Assembly (NCBI GenBank): GCA_031288185.1 | Contig: JAITRZ010000014.1 | Location: forward strand, 17,091 to 81,090 | Reading direction: 5' to 3' | From: Coriobacteriales bacterium | GTDB lineage: Bacteria; Actinomycetota; Coriobacteriia; Coriobacteriales; UBA8131 | DNA: 64,000 nt | In this document: positions 20,014-29,728 of the stretch, piece by piece | Layout of the letters: each line of letters begins with the position of its first letter | How positions within the stretch are numbered: the first letter of the stretch is position 1 | Position numbers and translations under genes: made by a program | Notes under the pieces: model-generated | Seen by the model: the letters and a program-made list of their open reading frames with translations, nothing else | Told to the model about the DNA's origin: nothing | The model's database searches: none

Positions 20014-21555
20014 TCAGGCGTTGGCCCCCTTGTCAGACGGCTCGTTTTTCTCACTGTCTGTCGGCCGTTTCCTCTGGCGTTTTGTCCAGTTTGCAACATT
20101 GGTCTGTGGTGGTCGGGCAATGGCCAGGGTGCCACTTGGCACATCGTTGGTTATCACACTACCGGCGCCGGTAACAGAGTCCGCGCCAATCTGAACCGGC
20201 GCCACTAACATAGTATCACTGCCAATAAAGCTGCGGTCGCCAATTATGGTAGGATTTTTGTGGACGCCATCGTAATTACAGGTGATTGAACCGGCGCCGA
20301 TATTGACCTCGCTCCCCAGGCGGGCATCGCCAATATAGGACAGATGGGGAACCTTAGAGCCCGCGCCGATCTCTGACTTCTTGATTTCTACATGGCTGCC
20401 AGCATGAGAACCCGCGCGCATCACGGTGCCCGGACGCAGATAGGCTCGTGGCCCTACGCTAACCCTGTCCTCCAAAATAACATCGATAAGAACACTTTCA
20501 TCCACGACACAGCTTTGGCCGATGGTGGAGTTGTTTACACGGCTACTGGGTCCAATGATCGTACCCCAACCAACCTTGGTTTGGCCGGTCAGCGTTGTAA
20601 ACGGCAGTATTTCCACATCATGGGACAGCTCTACATCAGGGCCGATCCACACACTTTTTGGATCAAAGATGGTAACGCCGGCGCGCATAAGCCGTTGATT
20701 AACGCGCTGTTGGGCCAGGGCCTGAACTTCAGCCAACTGTATCCTGTCGTTGATGCCCCTAAGCTCGCTGGCATCAACAACCCTGATTACCTCCACTGAC
20801 AAACCGGTTTGCACCATCAGCGTTAGTACATCAGGCAGGTAATACTCCTTCTGCGCGTTATCCGCGCGCAGCTGTTGTAACAGGGAAAAGAGAGAGGATC
20901 GTTCAAAGCAATAGACACCGCCGTTCACTTCCCTTATCTGGCGTTGTTTGGTGTTGGCATCCCTCTCTTCAACGATTCCCCTGAAAGCCGGGCAGGAGAC
21001 GAGCGGTGTATCTGAGGCGATGTCTTGCGTTCGGTCGCCCTGATGCTGCCAGGCATCCTCATATGTCCACCTGTCCGTACCGGCCTGCTTATTGGGAGCG
21101 CGTTCTGTGGCACCAGGGGCCCAATCGCGAATGATGCGTCCATATCCAGAGGGGTTTGCTGTCTCAAAGGTTAAGAGACAGGCCGCCGCCCCTGACTGAG
21201 CCCGCCGCTCAGCCAGTTGCGTGATGGTCTGGGAAAGGAGTAGGGGCGTATCACCGGACATAACCACTATATCATCGCCGTCCAGAGGCTCCAGCGCCGG
21301 ACGGGCCATCAACACGGCATGACCGGTGCCAAGCAGCTTATCTTGATAGATTATCTCAGTATCAAAGGCCAAGGGCGCGGTTTGGGCGTGATTGTGCCCT
21401 AAAACGGTAAACACGTGGTTTGAGCCGGCAGCCCAGGCGGCATCAATAGCCCAGCGCAACAGTGGCTTACCTAAAATTTCATGGGCCACCTTGGGCTTTT
21501 CTGATTTCATGCGCGTACCTGCGCCCGCCGCCAGGATCAGGGTAGAAAAAGCCAT
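20014..21555 (-). CDS. glmU: Bifunctional UDP-GlcNAc pyrophosphorylase/glucosamine-1-P acetyltransferase
   Basis: ILAAGAGTRMKS, GYGRI, EYYLPD, HLSYIGDA, ITCNYDG and hexapeptide repeats; ATG 21555 follows GAAAGGA. Confidence 0.97.
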   Translation of the reverse strand: MAFSTLILAAGAGTRMKSEKPKVAHEILGKPLLRWAIDAAWAAGSNHVFTVLGHNHAQTAPLAFDTEIIYQDKLLGTGHAVLMARPALEPLDGDDIVVMSGDTPLLLSQTITQLAERRAQSGAAACLLTFETANPSGYGRIIRDWAPGATERAPNKQAGTDRWTYEDAWQHQGDRTQDIASDTPLVSCPAFRGIVEERDANTKQRQIREVNGGVYCFERSSLFSLLQQLRADNAQKEYYLPDVLTLMVQTGLSVEVIRVVDASELRGINDRIQLAEVQALAQQRVNQRLMRAGVTIFDPKSVWIGPDVELSHDVEILPFTTLTGQTKVGWGTIIGPSSRVNNSTIGQSCVVDESVLIDVILEDRVSVGPRAYLRPGTVMRAGSHAGSHVEIKKSEIGAGSKVPHLSYIGDARLGSEVNIGAGSITCNYDGVHKNPTIIGDRSFIGSDTMLVAPVQIGADSVTGAGSVITNDVPSGTLAIARPPQTNVANWTKRQRKRPTDSEKNEPSDKGANA

Positions 21556-21752
21556 CGCCGTTCCTTTCATTGCCAATAGTGCGCGTCAAAAGAGCACTAA
21601 TGCGCTCAGTCGCGCGATCAGGTTGGGAAGTCGTAACAGGACAGTTACCCCATTATCGCAGAATTGCACTGGTCACGGCACAGTGTTTCGTGTTACTCTG
21701 GTTGGGTGTTACCGGGTGCTTCTGAAGTGGGTCTGCGGTTTGCGACGGCGTC

Positions 21753-23507
21753 TTGTTTGATGCCAGTCAAAAACCAGTTGGGGAGCAAACTTACCACACG
21801 GACAGCTGTCTGTGTGGTTTGGTATCGCCGTGTTACGGGAATAGGTTAAACGACGTGTCCAGTAAAAATCACCATACCTTTGAAGACGATCTGGCCCTGT
21901 TGGGCGGCGCTCCGGCTTTGGCGGGCGGCGGTGTCCCAAACTTCACTAAACCAACCCCATCCGGCACTACCGGGCCCACCCATCCCCCTGCTTCTTCAGT
22001 CGCACCTGCTGGTTTTGCGCCCCTTCACTTCAGTGGCAACGCGGCTGCCGCAGGCCATCCTGTAGGCGCGCTACATTCACCTGGCCCCGCTCATCTGGCG
22101 ATACCGCAAAAACCTTCCCTGCGCTGGTTTAAGATTGCGATACTCACTTTAACGGTAGTGGTTTTAGCTGCTTACGCCGGATTTGCCTACTTCTTTATGG
22201 ATCATTTTGGTTTTAATTCTACGGTCAATGGTGTTGATGTCAGCTTCATGGCCACTCAAGATGTCGAAGGCGCCATAGCTGCCCAGGTCGATAACTATAC
22301 CCTGAGCATCAGCGGTCGTGATGGTCAGCTTGCCAGCATCAGCGGCGAGCAGGTTGGTCTGCGCTATGTGCCGGATGGTCAGCTTGAACGCCTGCTCAAA
22401 GCGCAAAGCGCCCTGCTTTGGCCGGCGCGTCTGTTTACATCCGATAATGCCTTTACCACTGCCAGCGTAGAACTGGATGAAAGCCGCCTTGAAGAGGTCA
22501 GTGTCGCCCTACCGTTTTTTGACAGCGCCCAGATGCGACCGCCCATTGACGCTTATTTGCAGTTCAAGGACAGTGCCTATGTGATTGTTCCTGAAGACCC
22601 AGGTACCACACTGGAGAGTGAGCAGGCCCGCCAACTGATACGTTCAGCGCTCCTGGCCACACTCCGTAACCTGGATCTAGACGCTGAGGGCGCCTACACG
22701 TTGCCGGCCGTCCTTTCTACCAATCCGGAATTGGCGCAGAGGAGGGAAACGTTTAATCGCTATGTACCCTTTTCCATCACCTACGTGTTGGGTGACGAGC
22801 GCGTAGTGCTTGATGCTCACACCGCTATCAACTGGGTGGATCGCAGCGGTGGGGGTTCTGGCGAGTTGGATCCGACAGAAGTGTCAAATTGGATAGCAGA
22901 ATTTGCGGCCAATCATGATACGCTGGGATCCACGCGCGATTTCATAAACGGATATGGTCAGCCAAAAAGCGTCAGTGGCGGTACGTACGGCTGGCAGGTA
23001 GATCAAACCGCTGAGATTGAGGCCATCTATGCGGCGGTGGCCAATCGCTGGGGAGAGGAACGAGAACCCTATCTGCGCAGGAGCGCCGCTAGTGTAGGTG
23101 TGCCGGACTGGGGCAGTACCTATGTAGAGGTGGATATGAGCGAACAACACATGTGGTATTTTGTCGATGGAGCCTGTGTACTGGAGTCTGATGTGATAAC
23201 GGGCCTGCTCTCTGGTGGTAACGCGACACCGGAGGGAGTGTACACCATCTTGGACAAAAAAAGCCCTTCAGTGCTCAGGGGCCCCAAATTGCCAGAGGGC
23301 GGTTATGAATGGGAGTCGCCGGTGTCCTACTGGATGCCCGTTACCATTCAGGGTGTGGGCCTGCACGACGCCACCTGGCAATCATCTTTTGGTGGGCAGC
23401 TTTACCTAACGCGCGGTTCTCATGGCTGCGTCAACCTGCCCCTGTCTGTGGCCAAGCAACTATATGCGCAGATAGAGACGGGCACACCGGTAGTGCTGCA
23501 CTTCTGA
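21753..23507 (+). CDS. L,D-transpeptidase (YkuD domain) with membrane anchor and peptidoglycan-binding region; start uncertain
   Basis: TM segment near aa 125-150; TPEGVY, YWMP, GLHDATWQ, GSHGCVNL catalytic motif. Confidence 0.9.
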   Translation: MFDASQKPVGEQTYHTDSCLCGLVSPCYGNRLNDVSSKNHHTFEDDLALLGGAPALAGGGVPNFTKPTPSGTTGPTHPPASSVAPAGFAPLHFSGNAAAAGHPVGALHSPGPAHLAIPQKPSLRWFKIAILTLTVVVLAAYAGFAYFFMDHFGFNSTVNGVDVSFMATQDVEGAIAAQVDNYTLSISGRDGQLASISGEQVGLRYVPDGQLERLLKAQSALLWPARLFTSDNAFTTASVELDESRLEEVSVALPFFDSAQMRPPIDAYLQFKDSAYVIVPEDPGTTLESEQARQLIRSALLATLRNLDLDAEGAYTLPAVLSTNPELAQRRETFNRYVPFSITYVLGDERVVLDAHTAINWVDRSGGGSGELDPTEVSNWIAEFAANHDTLGSTRDFINGYGQPKSVSGGTYGWQVDQTAEIEAIYAAVANRWGEEREPYLRRSAASVGVPDWGSTYVEVDMSEQHMWYFVDGACVLESDVITGLLSGGNATPEGVYTILDKKSPSVLRGPKLPEGGYEWESPVSYWMPVTIQGVGLHDATWQSSFGGQLYLTRGSHGCVNLPLSVAKQLYAQIETGTPVVLHF

Positions 23508-23634
23508 AATGTTATTCTCCCTGCGTTCCACCGAGATGTTACCTGCTCTCCACACGTGTTGTTGTTCCCTACCAACATTTCCTCGTGTATCCCTCCCGTT
23601 CTCCTCTGATCCTTGAAGCAAGAAGATGAACAGC

Positions 23635-23664
23635 AAAAAGCCCTGCTCTTGAGCAGGGCTTTTT
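23635..23664. terminator. Bidirectional rho-independent terminator
   Basis: AAAAAGCCCTGCTC-TT-GAGCAGGGCTTTTT between convergent genes. Confidence 0.85.
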
Positions 23665-23812
23665 GAGTGGGTCATGCTGTGGGCTGCTTAGTTGTTCAGT
23701 CAAGCTATCCGTCACCCATAGCGCCACCCGTCACCACAGTCTGAGAGAAGAGGAGTTGCCACCAAAGGGGCAGACAGCGGGCTGTTTGGTCGGCGCTATC
23801 TATCGGCTCCAA

Positions 23813-25000
23813 CTACTCACCTGCCCCTGCGTTGGATTCCGCGCTGGGCTGAGTGGCCGCAGACAATTCAACCTCAAAGTACAATGTGGAATTGGCCGGA
23901 ATGTCGTTCAATTCCTGGTCGCCATAGGCTAATTCAGGCGGGATGGTCAGCAGGCGTCTGCCACCCACCTGCATGCCCACCAAACCAGCATCCCAGCCCT
24001 TGATGACGGTGCCCTGGCCCAAGGTTAACGTGATGGGATCATCAGGTGCCTGACGGCTATCAAAAACCGTGCCGTCTGCCAATGTGCCGGTGTAGAACAC
24101 AGCAACTTCACTGCCGTCTATAGCCTCAGCACCTTCGCCCACCACTATATCCTCAATCACCAGGCCGGCGGCCAAGGCCGCCTCAATGGCCTCGGGGGTA
24201 GAAGTGGTACCGGCCGTGGGGTTGCTCTCAGACTCCTCATTGATGTCCTCAGCCAGGCTCATGTCTACGTTATAGGGTACGTCTTCTGGTATCGGATTGA
24301 TAACCACATCAGCCGCTTCCACCAGCCCGTCAACATATTCCTGAAACCTGATGCCCTTATTGGCTGTTACCCACTGTTCTTTGAGCTGGGTAATGACGCT
24401 TTCGGGCACATCGGCATACACCACCACGCCATCGTCTGGCACGGTATAACCCTCAATGCTTGTGGCATTGTCTATGACATACTGCTCCAACTCCTCGGCG
24501 CTTGGCTCAACAATATAGGCATCATACATTTGTTCGGCAAGATCACTGGTGGTCAGCATGTCGCGATAGGCCTGCTCGTCCTTGTAGCCGTAGCGTTTTA
24601 AGGTATCTGTCCAATTTTGCTCATCGCCACCCACCGTGGTCTTGGCTTGGGTAATCTGCTCATCGATAGCGGTCGTGTCCGCCTGATAGCCCTGTTCCAG
24701 GGCCGCCTGCTCAATGACTATGTTGCGCACAAAAGAATCGATAACCTGCTCGCGCAGGGATTCCGGCGTCAAAGCGCTACCCGCGAGCGCCGTTGCCCAA
24801 TCAACATCGGCGGTGTAGCCGGATTGTGAGCGCATGGCCTCAATGGAATCCGTAATGTCCTGTTCCAGTATTGGCTCACCGTTGACCGTTGCCGCCTGCG
24901 CGGCCGGTGATTCTGCCTCATCGCATCCTGCCAGCGTAAAAGTCGCCAGTAGCAGGCTTAAAGTTATTGCTAAAGTTATGAGCAGTTTCTTTCTGTCCAT
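23813..25000 (-). CDS. Lipoprotein foldase: SurA N-terminal-like domain fused to FKBP-type PPIase
   Basis: Lipobox TLAGC; AATVNGEPI; YTGTLADGTVFDS, VIKGWDAGLVGMQVGGRRLLTIPPELAYG. Confidence 0.88.
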   Translation of the reverse strand: MDRKKLLITLAITLSLLLATFTLAGCDEAESPAAQAATVNGEPILEQDITDSIEAMRSQSGYTADVDWATALAGSALTPESLREQVIDSFVRNIVIEQAALEQGYQADTTAIDEQITQAKTTVGGDEQNWTDTLKRYGYKDEQAYRDMLTTSDLAEQMYDAYIVEPSAEELEQYVIDNATSIEGYTVPDDGVVVYADVPESVITQLKEQWVTANKGIRFQEYVDGLVEAADVVINPIPEDVPYNVDMSLAEDINEESESNPTAGTTSTPEAIEAALAAGLVIEDIVVGEGAEAIDGSEVAVFYTGTLADGTVFDSRQAPDDPITLTLGQGTVIKGWDAGLVGMQVGGRRLLTIPPELAYGDQELNDIPANSTLYFEVELSAATQPSAESNAGAGE

Positions 25001-25378
25001 CAATCGTTCTCCCTTGCTCTTAGGTTTGGGGACTCTGGTTGTGAATGCGTTTTGCCCATTGCGAGGCCCTATATTATAAAACTCTGCCCTCCCATTCTAA
25101 CTGAAACCATGTTCCCTATCGGATATGAATCAGCAGTTTTGTGTGAGAGCTGTTTTTTAAGAAGGATGATTTTTCAACGGGACTGATTTTTCAAGGAGGA
25201 AAGCAGCACCAGGCGTAACGGAGGTAGAGCTACCTGGTGAGCATGCGATGGGTGTCACAAGGGTAAAACTACCCGACAGGTTGCGCGTTGGGCATAACAG
25301 AGGCGCGCCACTCACGCATCAGGGGTGATAGATAAAACCGCAACGGCCGCGAAGGCAGCCAGCAGCGCCAATCACGCA

Positions 25379-26092
25379 TCAGGGATGATAAGGGTCAAAC
25401 TGCTCGTAATCATAGAGACGTTCAGCTTCAAAGACCTTGATGATCGAGCGATTGCGTGAGATGTGACCTTCACTTTCCAAGGTGGTGAGCAGGCGAGAGC
25501 AGGTAGAGACGTGGATATTCAGCAACTCTGCCAACTGCTCAATGGTGATATTGGCGTGGATGGTGTGTACACCTTGTTCGTCTGCCTCATATATCGCGCA
25601 AAGCTTAAGCAGCCAAAATATCAGCCTCTGCATGGCCGAGGGCATGGAAGAGTCCGCCAGACGATGGCCCATCTGGCCAAAGGCCATGTGGCAGTTGAAT
25701 ATGAATTCAAAGAAAATGCCTGGATCCCTTTGGCAGAGCTCATAGAGTTGCGCCTGGGTAAAGCCAAACACCACGGTATCGGTGGTGGCCACAAAGCGCA
25801 TCTTAAAGCGGTACAGTGACGCGATGCCGCTGTATTCCACTGAAAAGGCATTGCCGGCATTGCGATAAAACAACGTAGCCGCTTCACCATCCAGTTTGAT
25901 AAAGGTGCAGCGCAGCTGGCCGGTTTCCACGTAAAAATAGTAGAGATCGGCCAATTCCTCTGCCGAGGCATACACCGCCTCTCCCTTAAAGAGTTTACGC
26001 TTTTTGGCCTGGTCAATATACTGGCCAATCTTCAGTTTATGGTAGGGCATCGTTGGAACCAGAACCGCAGTAAAATCCTCTTTGCTTGTCAT
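25379..26092 (-). CDS. Crp/Fnr-family transcriptional regulator
   Basis: cNMP-like beta-roll (YFYVETG) and C-terminal HTH ITIEQLAELLNIHVSTCSRLL; divergent from the molybdoenzyme operon. Confidence 0.85.
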   Translation of the reverse strand: MTSKEDFTAVLVPTMPYHKLKIGQYIDQAKKRKLFKGEAVYASAEELADLYYFYVETGQLRCTFIKLDGEAATLFYRNAGNAFSVEYSGIASLYRFKMRFVATTDTVVFGFTQAQLYELCQRDPGIFFEFIFNCHMAFGQMGHRLADSSMPSAMQRLIFWLLKLCAIYEADEQGVHTIHANITIEQLAELLNIHVSTCSRLLTTLESEGHISRNRSIIKVFEAERLYDYEQFDPYHP

Positions 26093-26664
26093 GGGATTCC
26101 TTTCTTCTTTAACACCAGTATGCCTCAAACCTCCTGGTCAGACACACCCTTGTTGTGGGATGCCTTCATGCGGTGGCAGCGGGCGTAAGTTTCTACCACA
26201 CGGCGCTCAGCACTCCCCCTTATGCAACCGGTCTGACGCTACAGCCGCGTGCATACCGTTACGCGCGCACAATCGCGCACGTAGAAGACCGGCAAGCAGT
26301 ACTCACACAACGTGTGCCGGAACTTGGTTGTGCATGTAGCGTTGCGCACGTACAAGACCGGCTTTGCGCGCGCATCCGCGCGCAAACAAGAGTGATTGAA
26401 AAGTACAGAGGTGCGCGCCGTCTTTCTCAGGTGATCAGGTCAGAGGCGGCCACCTCGCGTCTCGTCTGACGGCATCACCACAAATCATCTCTCTGGTCAT
26501 TATATCAACCTCGCATACGCAAGGGAGCGTAGTATTCCAAGAAATATGCTGGCATATCTCACGCTACTGGAAATGTTACTTTCTTCCCTTTAGCATGGTT
26601 TCATTACCTCAGGGGGGGTAGGGGATATTGGATTTTTAGTCCCAGAGAAAAGGAGAGTGACGCT

Positions 26665-27486
26665 ATGTCGAAAAAGGCAATGGTGATCGACCTGACACGC
26701 TGCGCGGGATGTTATGCCTGTGTGGTGGCCTGCCAGATGCAGAACAACACCCGGCCGGGTGTTGCCTGGAACCAGGTGGAGCGCTGCGAGTGGGGTGACT
26801 ATCCCGAGGCCGGACGCTCGTATCTGCCGCACGCGTGCATGCAGTGCGAAGCGGCTTCGTGTGTGGAAGCCTGTCCCACAGGCGCAAGTTATACGCGTGA
26901 AGACGGTATTACCTTGGTAAACTATGATGAGTGTATCTGTTGCGAACAGTGCGTACACGCCTGTCCCTACGGCGCTCGCCGTGTCAATACCGCCAACGCC
27001 TATTGGTTTGAGGCTGCCGTACCCACACCCTATGAGGGCTATGGCATCCAACGAACCGATGTAGTAGAAAAATGTATTTTTTGTAACGAGTTGGTAGATG
27101 CCGGCGGTCAGCCAGCCTGTGTGGCTAACTGTCCTGGTGGAGCGCGTGTCTTTGGCGACATCGATGACATGGAAAGCGCGGTGGCCCAAAAGGCTGCTGG
27201 GGCGCTTCGCATCGATAAAACCAGCTTTTATTATGTACCCGTAAAAGGAATGCCGGACGAGATAATTACAGGAAAGGTTCTTGCGGCCAAACCTGCCCCG
27301 CGTAGCGGGCGTAAGCCTGCGGCTGATGCCACCCCGGCGCTGGTGGGGGCTGGGGTTGTGGCCGCTGCCGCCGTAGGTGCCGCAGTGGGTTATGGCGCGC
27401 GAGGGCTGCGCGAGGGCGGCAGGCGTGATGCAGCTGGTACAAGCGAAATTCAGGATACTGCCGGCAAGGGTGGTGAGCAATCATGA
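26665..27486 (+). CDS. DmsB-like 4x[4Fe-4S] subunit with C-terminal hydrophobic anchor
   Basis: CAGCYACVVAC, CMQCEAASCVEACP, CICCEQCVHACP, CIFC...CVANCP; AAAGGAG RBS. Confidence 0.92.
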   Translation: MSKKAMVIDLTRCAGCYACVVACQMQNNTRPGVAWNQVERCEWGDYPEAGRSYLPHACMQCEAASCVEACPTGASYTREDGITLVNYDECICCEQCVHACPYGARRVNTANAYWFEAAVPTPYEGYGIQRTDVVEKCIFCNELVDAGGQPACVANCPGGARVFGDIDDMESAVAQKAAGALRIDKTSFYYVPVKGMPDEIITGKVLAAKPAPRSGRKPAADATPALVGAGVVAAAAVGAAVGYGARGLREGGRRDAAGTSEIQDTAGKGGEQS

Positions 27487-29723
27487 CCGCCTTATCAAGA
27501 CGCAATTTTGTGAAAGGAGCCGCCTGCGCGGTTGCGGCTGTGGCTGGCGCTTCCCTTGGTTTTAGATCCGGAGGCATTGACTTTTATTATCCCCAGGAAG
27601 CCTTTGCGGATGAGAATTCACCTATAGAGCGGCGCTACAGCTACTGCGATATGTGTAATCATGTACCCAAATGCGGCATCGTCGCCTCAGTGCGTGAGGA
27701 TAAGGTAATCCGTGTTGAAAGTCGCGACAAGTATCCTTCTACACCACTGTGCGCAAAGGGCATCGCTTCACTGCAGGAACTCTATGATCCACATCGTCTG
27801 CTTACTCCCAAAATCCGTACCAACGCCAAGGGGGGTCCGGCGGAATGGAAGGATATAACCTGGGACGAGGCCTACAGCATACTTGCTGAAAGGCTCAACC
27901 GCGTTAAGGCGCAGCACGGCGCGGATTCCGTCCTCTTCTTTTGCGGCGATCCAAAAGAACCGCGCGGTGCCATGCAGCGTCTGGCTACACTCTTTGGCTC
28001 GTCAAGCTATGGTACAGAAAGTAGCGTTTGCGCGGCGGCCAGCTGGATGTGCGCGCAGTTGGTCTTTGGTCAAAACTCGATGGGTGAAAACCCTTCTGAT
28101 GCTTCTGCCTCCTGTCTGATATGGAGCCTGAACCCCGCATGGTCGCAGCCCAACCGTTATGGCGTGCTCATGAAGCAGAAGGAACGGGGGTGTAAGTTTG
28201 TGGTAGTAGACCCGCGCGTTACGCCTACGGTCACCGGCATGGCTGACATCCACCTTCAACTGCGCCCCGGCTCAGACGGTGCTCTGGCAGCGGGTTTTAT
28301 CAATCAACTCATCGAGCAGGATCTCATTGATCACAACTTTGTGGACAACTGGACCCACGGCTTTGAGGAGCTAAAAGCCTATGTGGCCGCGTATACGCCT
28401 CAGAAAGTAGAAGAGATAACCTGGGTGCCGGCTGACAGGCTGATTGCCGCAGCCAAACTGATAGGGGAGAACAAGCCTGGCACTTTGATTACCTCCTCCA
28501 AGGGAGGCTGCCACACCACCAATGTGGGACACTTTCAGCGTGCAGTGTTTATGATTCCGGCCTTGTTGGGCAACCTGGATGTTACCGGCGGACTGCCGCT
28601 TGGTCCCGGTTTGCCCTTTGACTATGCGGCCTCCACTAAGGGATTTCAGTTGGAGGATGTCTATGAGGCCGAGGGATTTCAACAGCGCCGCTATGATCGT
28701 GAAGATTTTCCGGTCTGGGCTCGTTATTACAAGATGATGCAGACGGTCAAACTACCGGAGTACGTTGATGAGGGCAAGATTCGCGCCGGTGTTTTGTTGG
28801 GTGTCAACTCAATGATGTGGCCCAACACGCCGCTGTATCAAAAGGCCATTGCGGATTTGGAGTTTTCTGTAGCCATCGACTATTATCTGCGTCCGGTGAC
28901 TCACGATCTGGTTGACATGGTGCTGCCGGCGGCCATGTGTTATGAACGAAGCGCCGCTCTGGCAATTTTTGGCCGTAAGATTTTTCTGCGTGAGCCGGTT
29001 GTTACCCCACGGGGAGAAGCCCGCGAGGACTGGCGCATCATCCTGGAAATTGGGTGCGCGCTTGGATACGCCGAGCAATGCTTTAACGGTGATGTTGATG
29101 CAGCATTAGAAGAACTGCTGCGTACCACCAATCTTGGCATCACTCTGGCCGACCTGCGAGCCAACCCCCAGGGATATGACGTACCTGGCCCAGCCGCAGC
29201 CCAGCGTAAGTATGAGACCGGTGGCCTGCGCAACGATAAGCAGCCAGGTTTTAACACGCCCTCCGGCAAGGTTGAATTGGTAAGCACGGTGCTTGAGGAC
29301 ATGAACTTTGTGGGCTTGCCTGTCTATGAAGAACCGCTGCATAGTCCCTTTACCGCTGATGCCAAAGACTACCCGCTTGTCTTAAACACCGGCTCGCGCG
29401 TACCTTACTATACCCACTCAAAACTGCGCGATCTGCCCTGGCTCAACCAGTTCATGCCCAATCCGGTTGTGCGTATCTCTTCCAAGGATGCCTCTGAACG
29501 CGGTTTGGTCGAAGGTGAATTGGCGCGTGTCTACAACGCACAGGGCGAGGTTGAGATGCAGGTAGAGATAACCAACATGGTATTGCCCGGCGTTGTTGAC
29601 ATCTTTCATGGTTGGGAGCGTGCCGATATTAATCTCCTTACCACGCGCGACTTTGACCCCATCAGCGGTTTTCCGCCGTTTAGTAATGGGCTCTGTCAGG
29701 TTGCCAGCCTACAGGCCAGGTGA
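27483..29723 (+). CDS. Tat-exported molybdopterin oxidoreductase catalytic subunit
   Basis: SRRNFVK Tat motif, CDMCNHVPKC...LCAKG Fe-S motif, VVDPR, LRPGSDGALA, TPSGKVEL, YPLVLNTG. Confidence 0.93.
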   Translation: MTALSRRNFVKGAACAVAAVAGASLGFRSGGIDFYYPQEAFADENSPIERRYSYCDMCNHVPKCGIVASVREDKVIRVESRDKYPSTPLCAKGIASLQELYDPHRLLTPKIRTNAKGGPAEWKDITWDEAYSILAERLNRVKAQHGADSVLFFCGDPKEPRGAMQRLATLFGSSSYGTESSVCAAASWMCAQLVFGQNSMGENPSDASASCLIWSLNPAWSQPNRYGVLMKQKERGCKFVVVDPRVTPTVTGMADIHLQLRPGSDGALAAGFINQLIEQDLIDHNFVDNWTHGFEELKAYVAAYTPQKVEEITWVPADRLIAAAKLIGENKPGTLITSSKGGCHTTNVGHFQRAVFMIPALLGNLDVTGGLPLGPGLPFDYAASTKGFQLEDVYEAEGFQQRRYDREDFPVWARYYKMMQTVKLPEYVDEGKIRAGVLLGVNSMMWPNTPLYQKAIADLEFSVAIDYYLRPVTHDLVDMVLPAAMCYERSAALAIFGRKIFLREPVVTPRGEAREDWRIILEIGCALGYAEQCFNGDVDAALEELLRTTNLGITLADLRANPQGYDVPGPAAAQRKYETGGLRNDKQPGFNTPSGKVELVSTVLEDMNFVGLPVYEEPLHSPFTADAKDYPLVLNTGSRVPYYTHSKLRDLPWLNQFMPNPVVRISSKDASERGLVEGELARVYNAQGEVEMQVEITNMVLPGVVDIFHGWERADINLLTTRDFDPISGFPPFSNGLCQVASLQAR

Positions 29724-29728
29724 GGTTC

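Noticed and set aside
26590-27480. Long antisense ORFs (296 aa here; others at 8781-9440, 36525-37217, 47191-47796)
   Set aside because: Shadow frames opposite well-supported genes, with no recognisable motifs.
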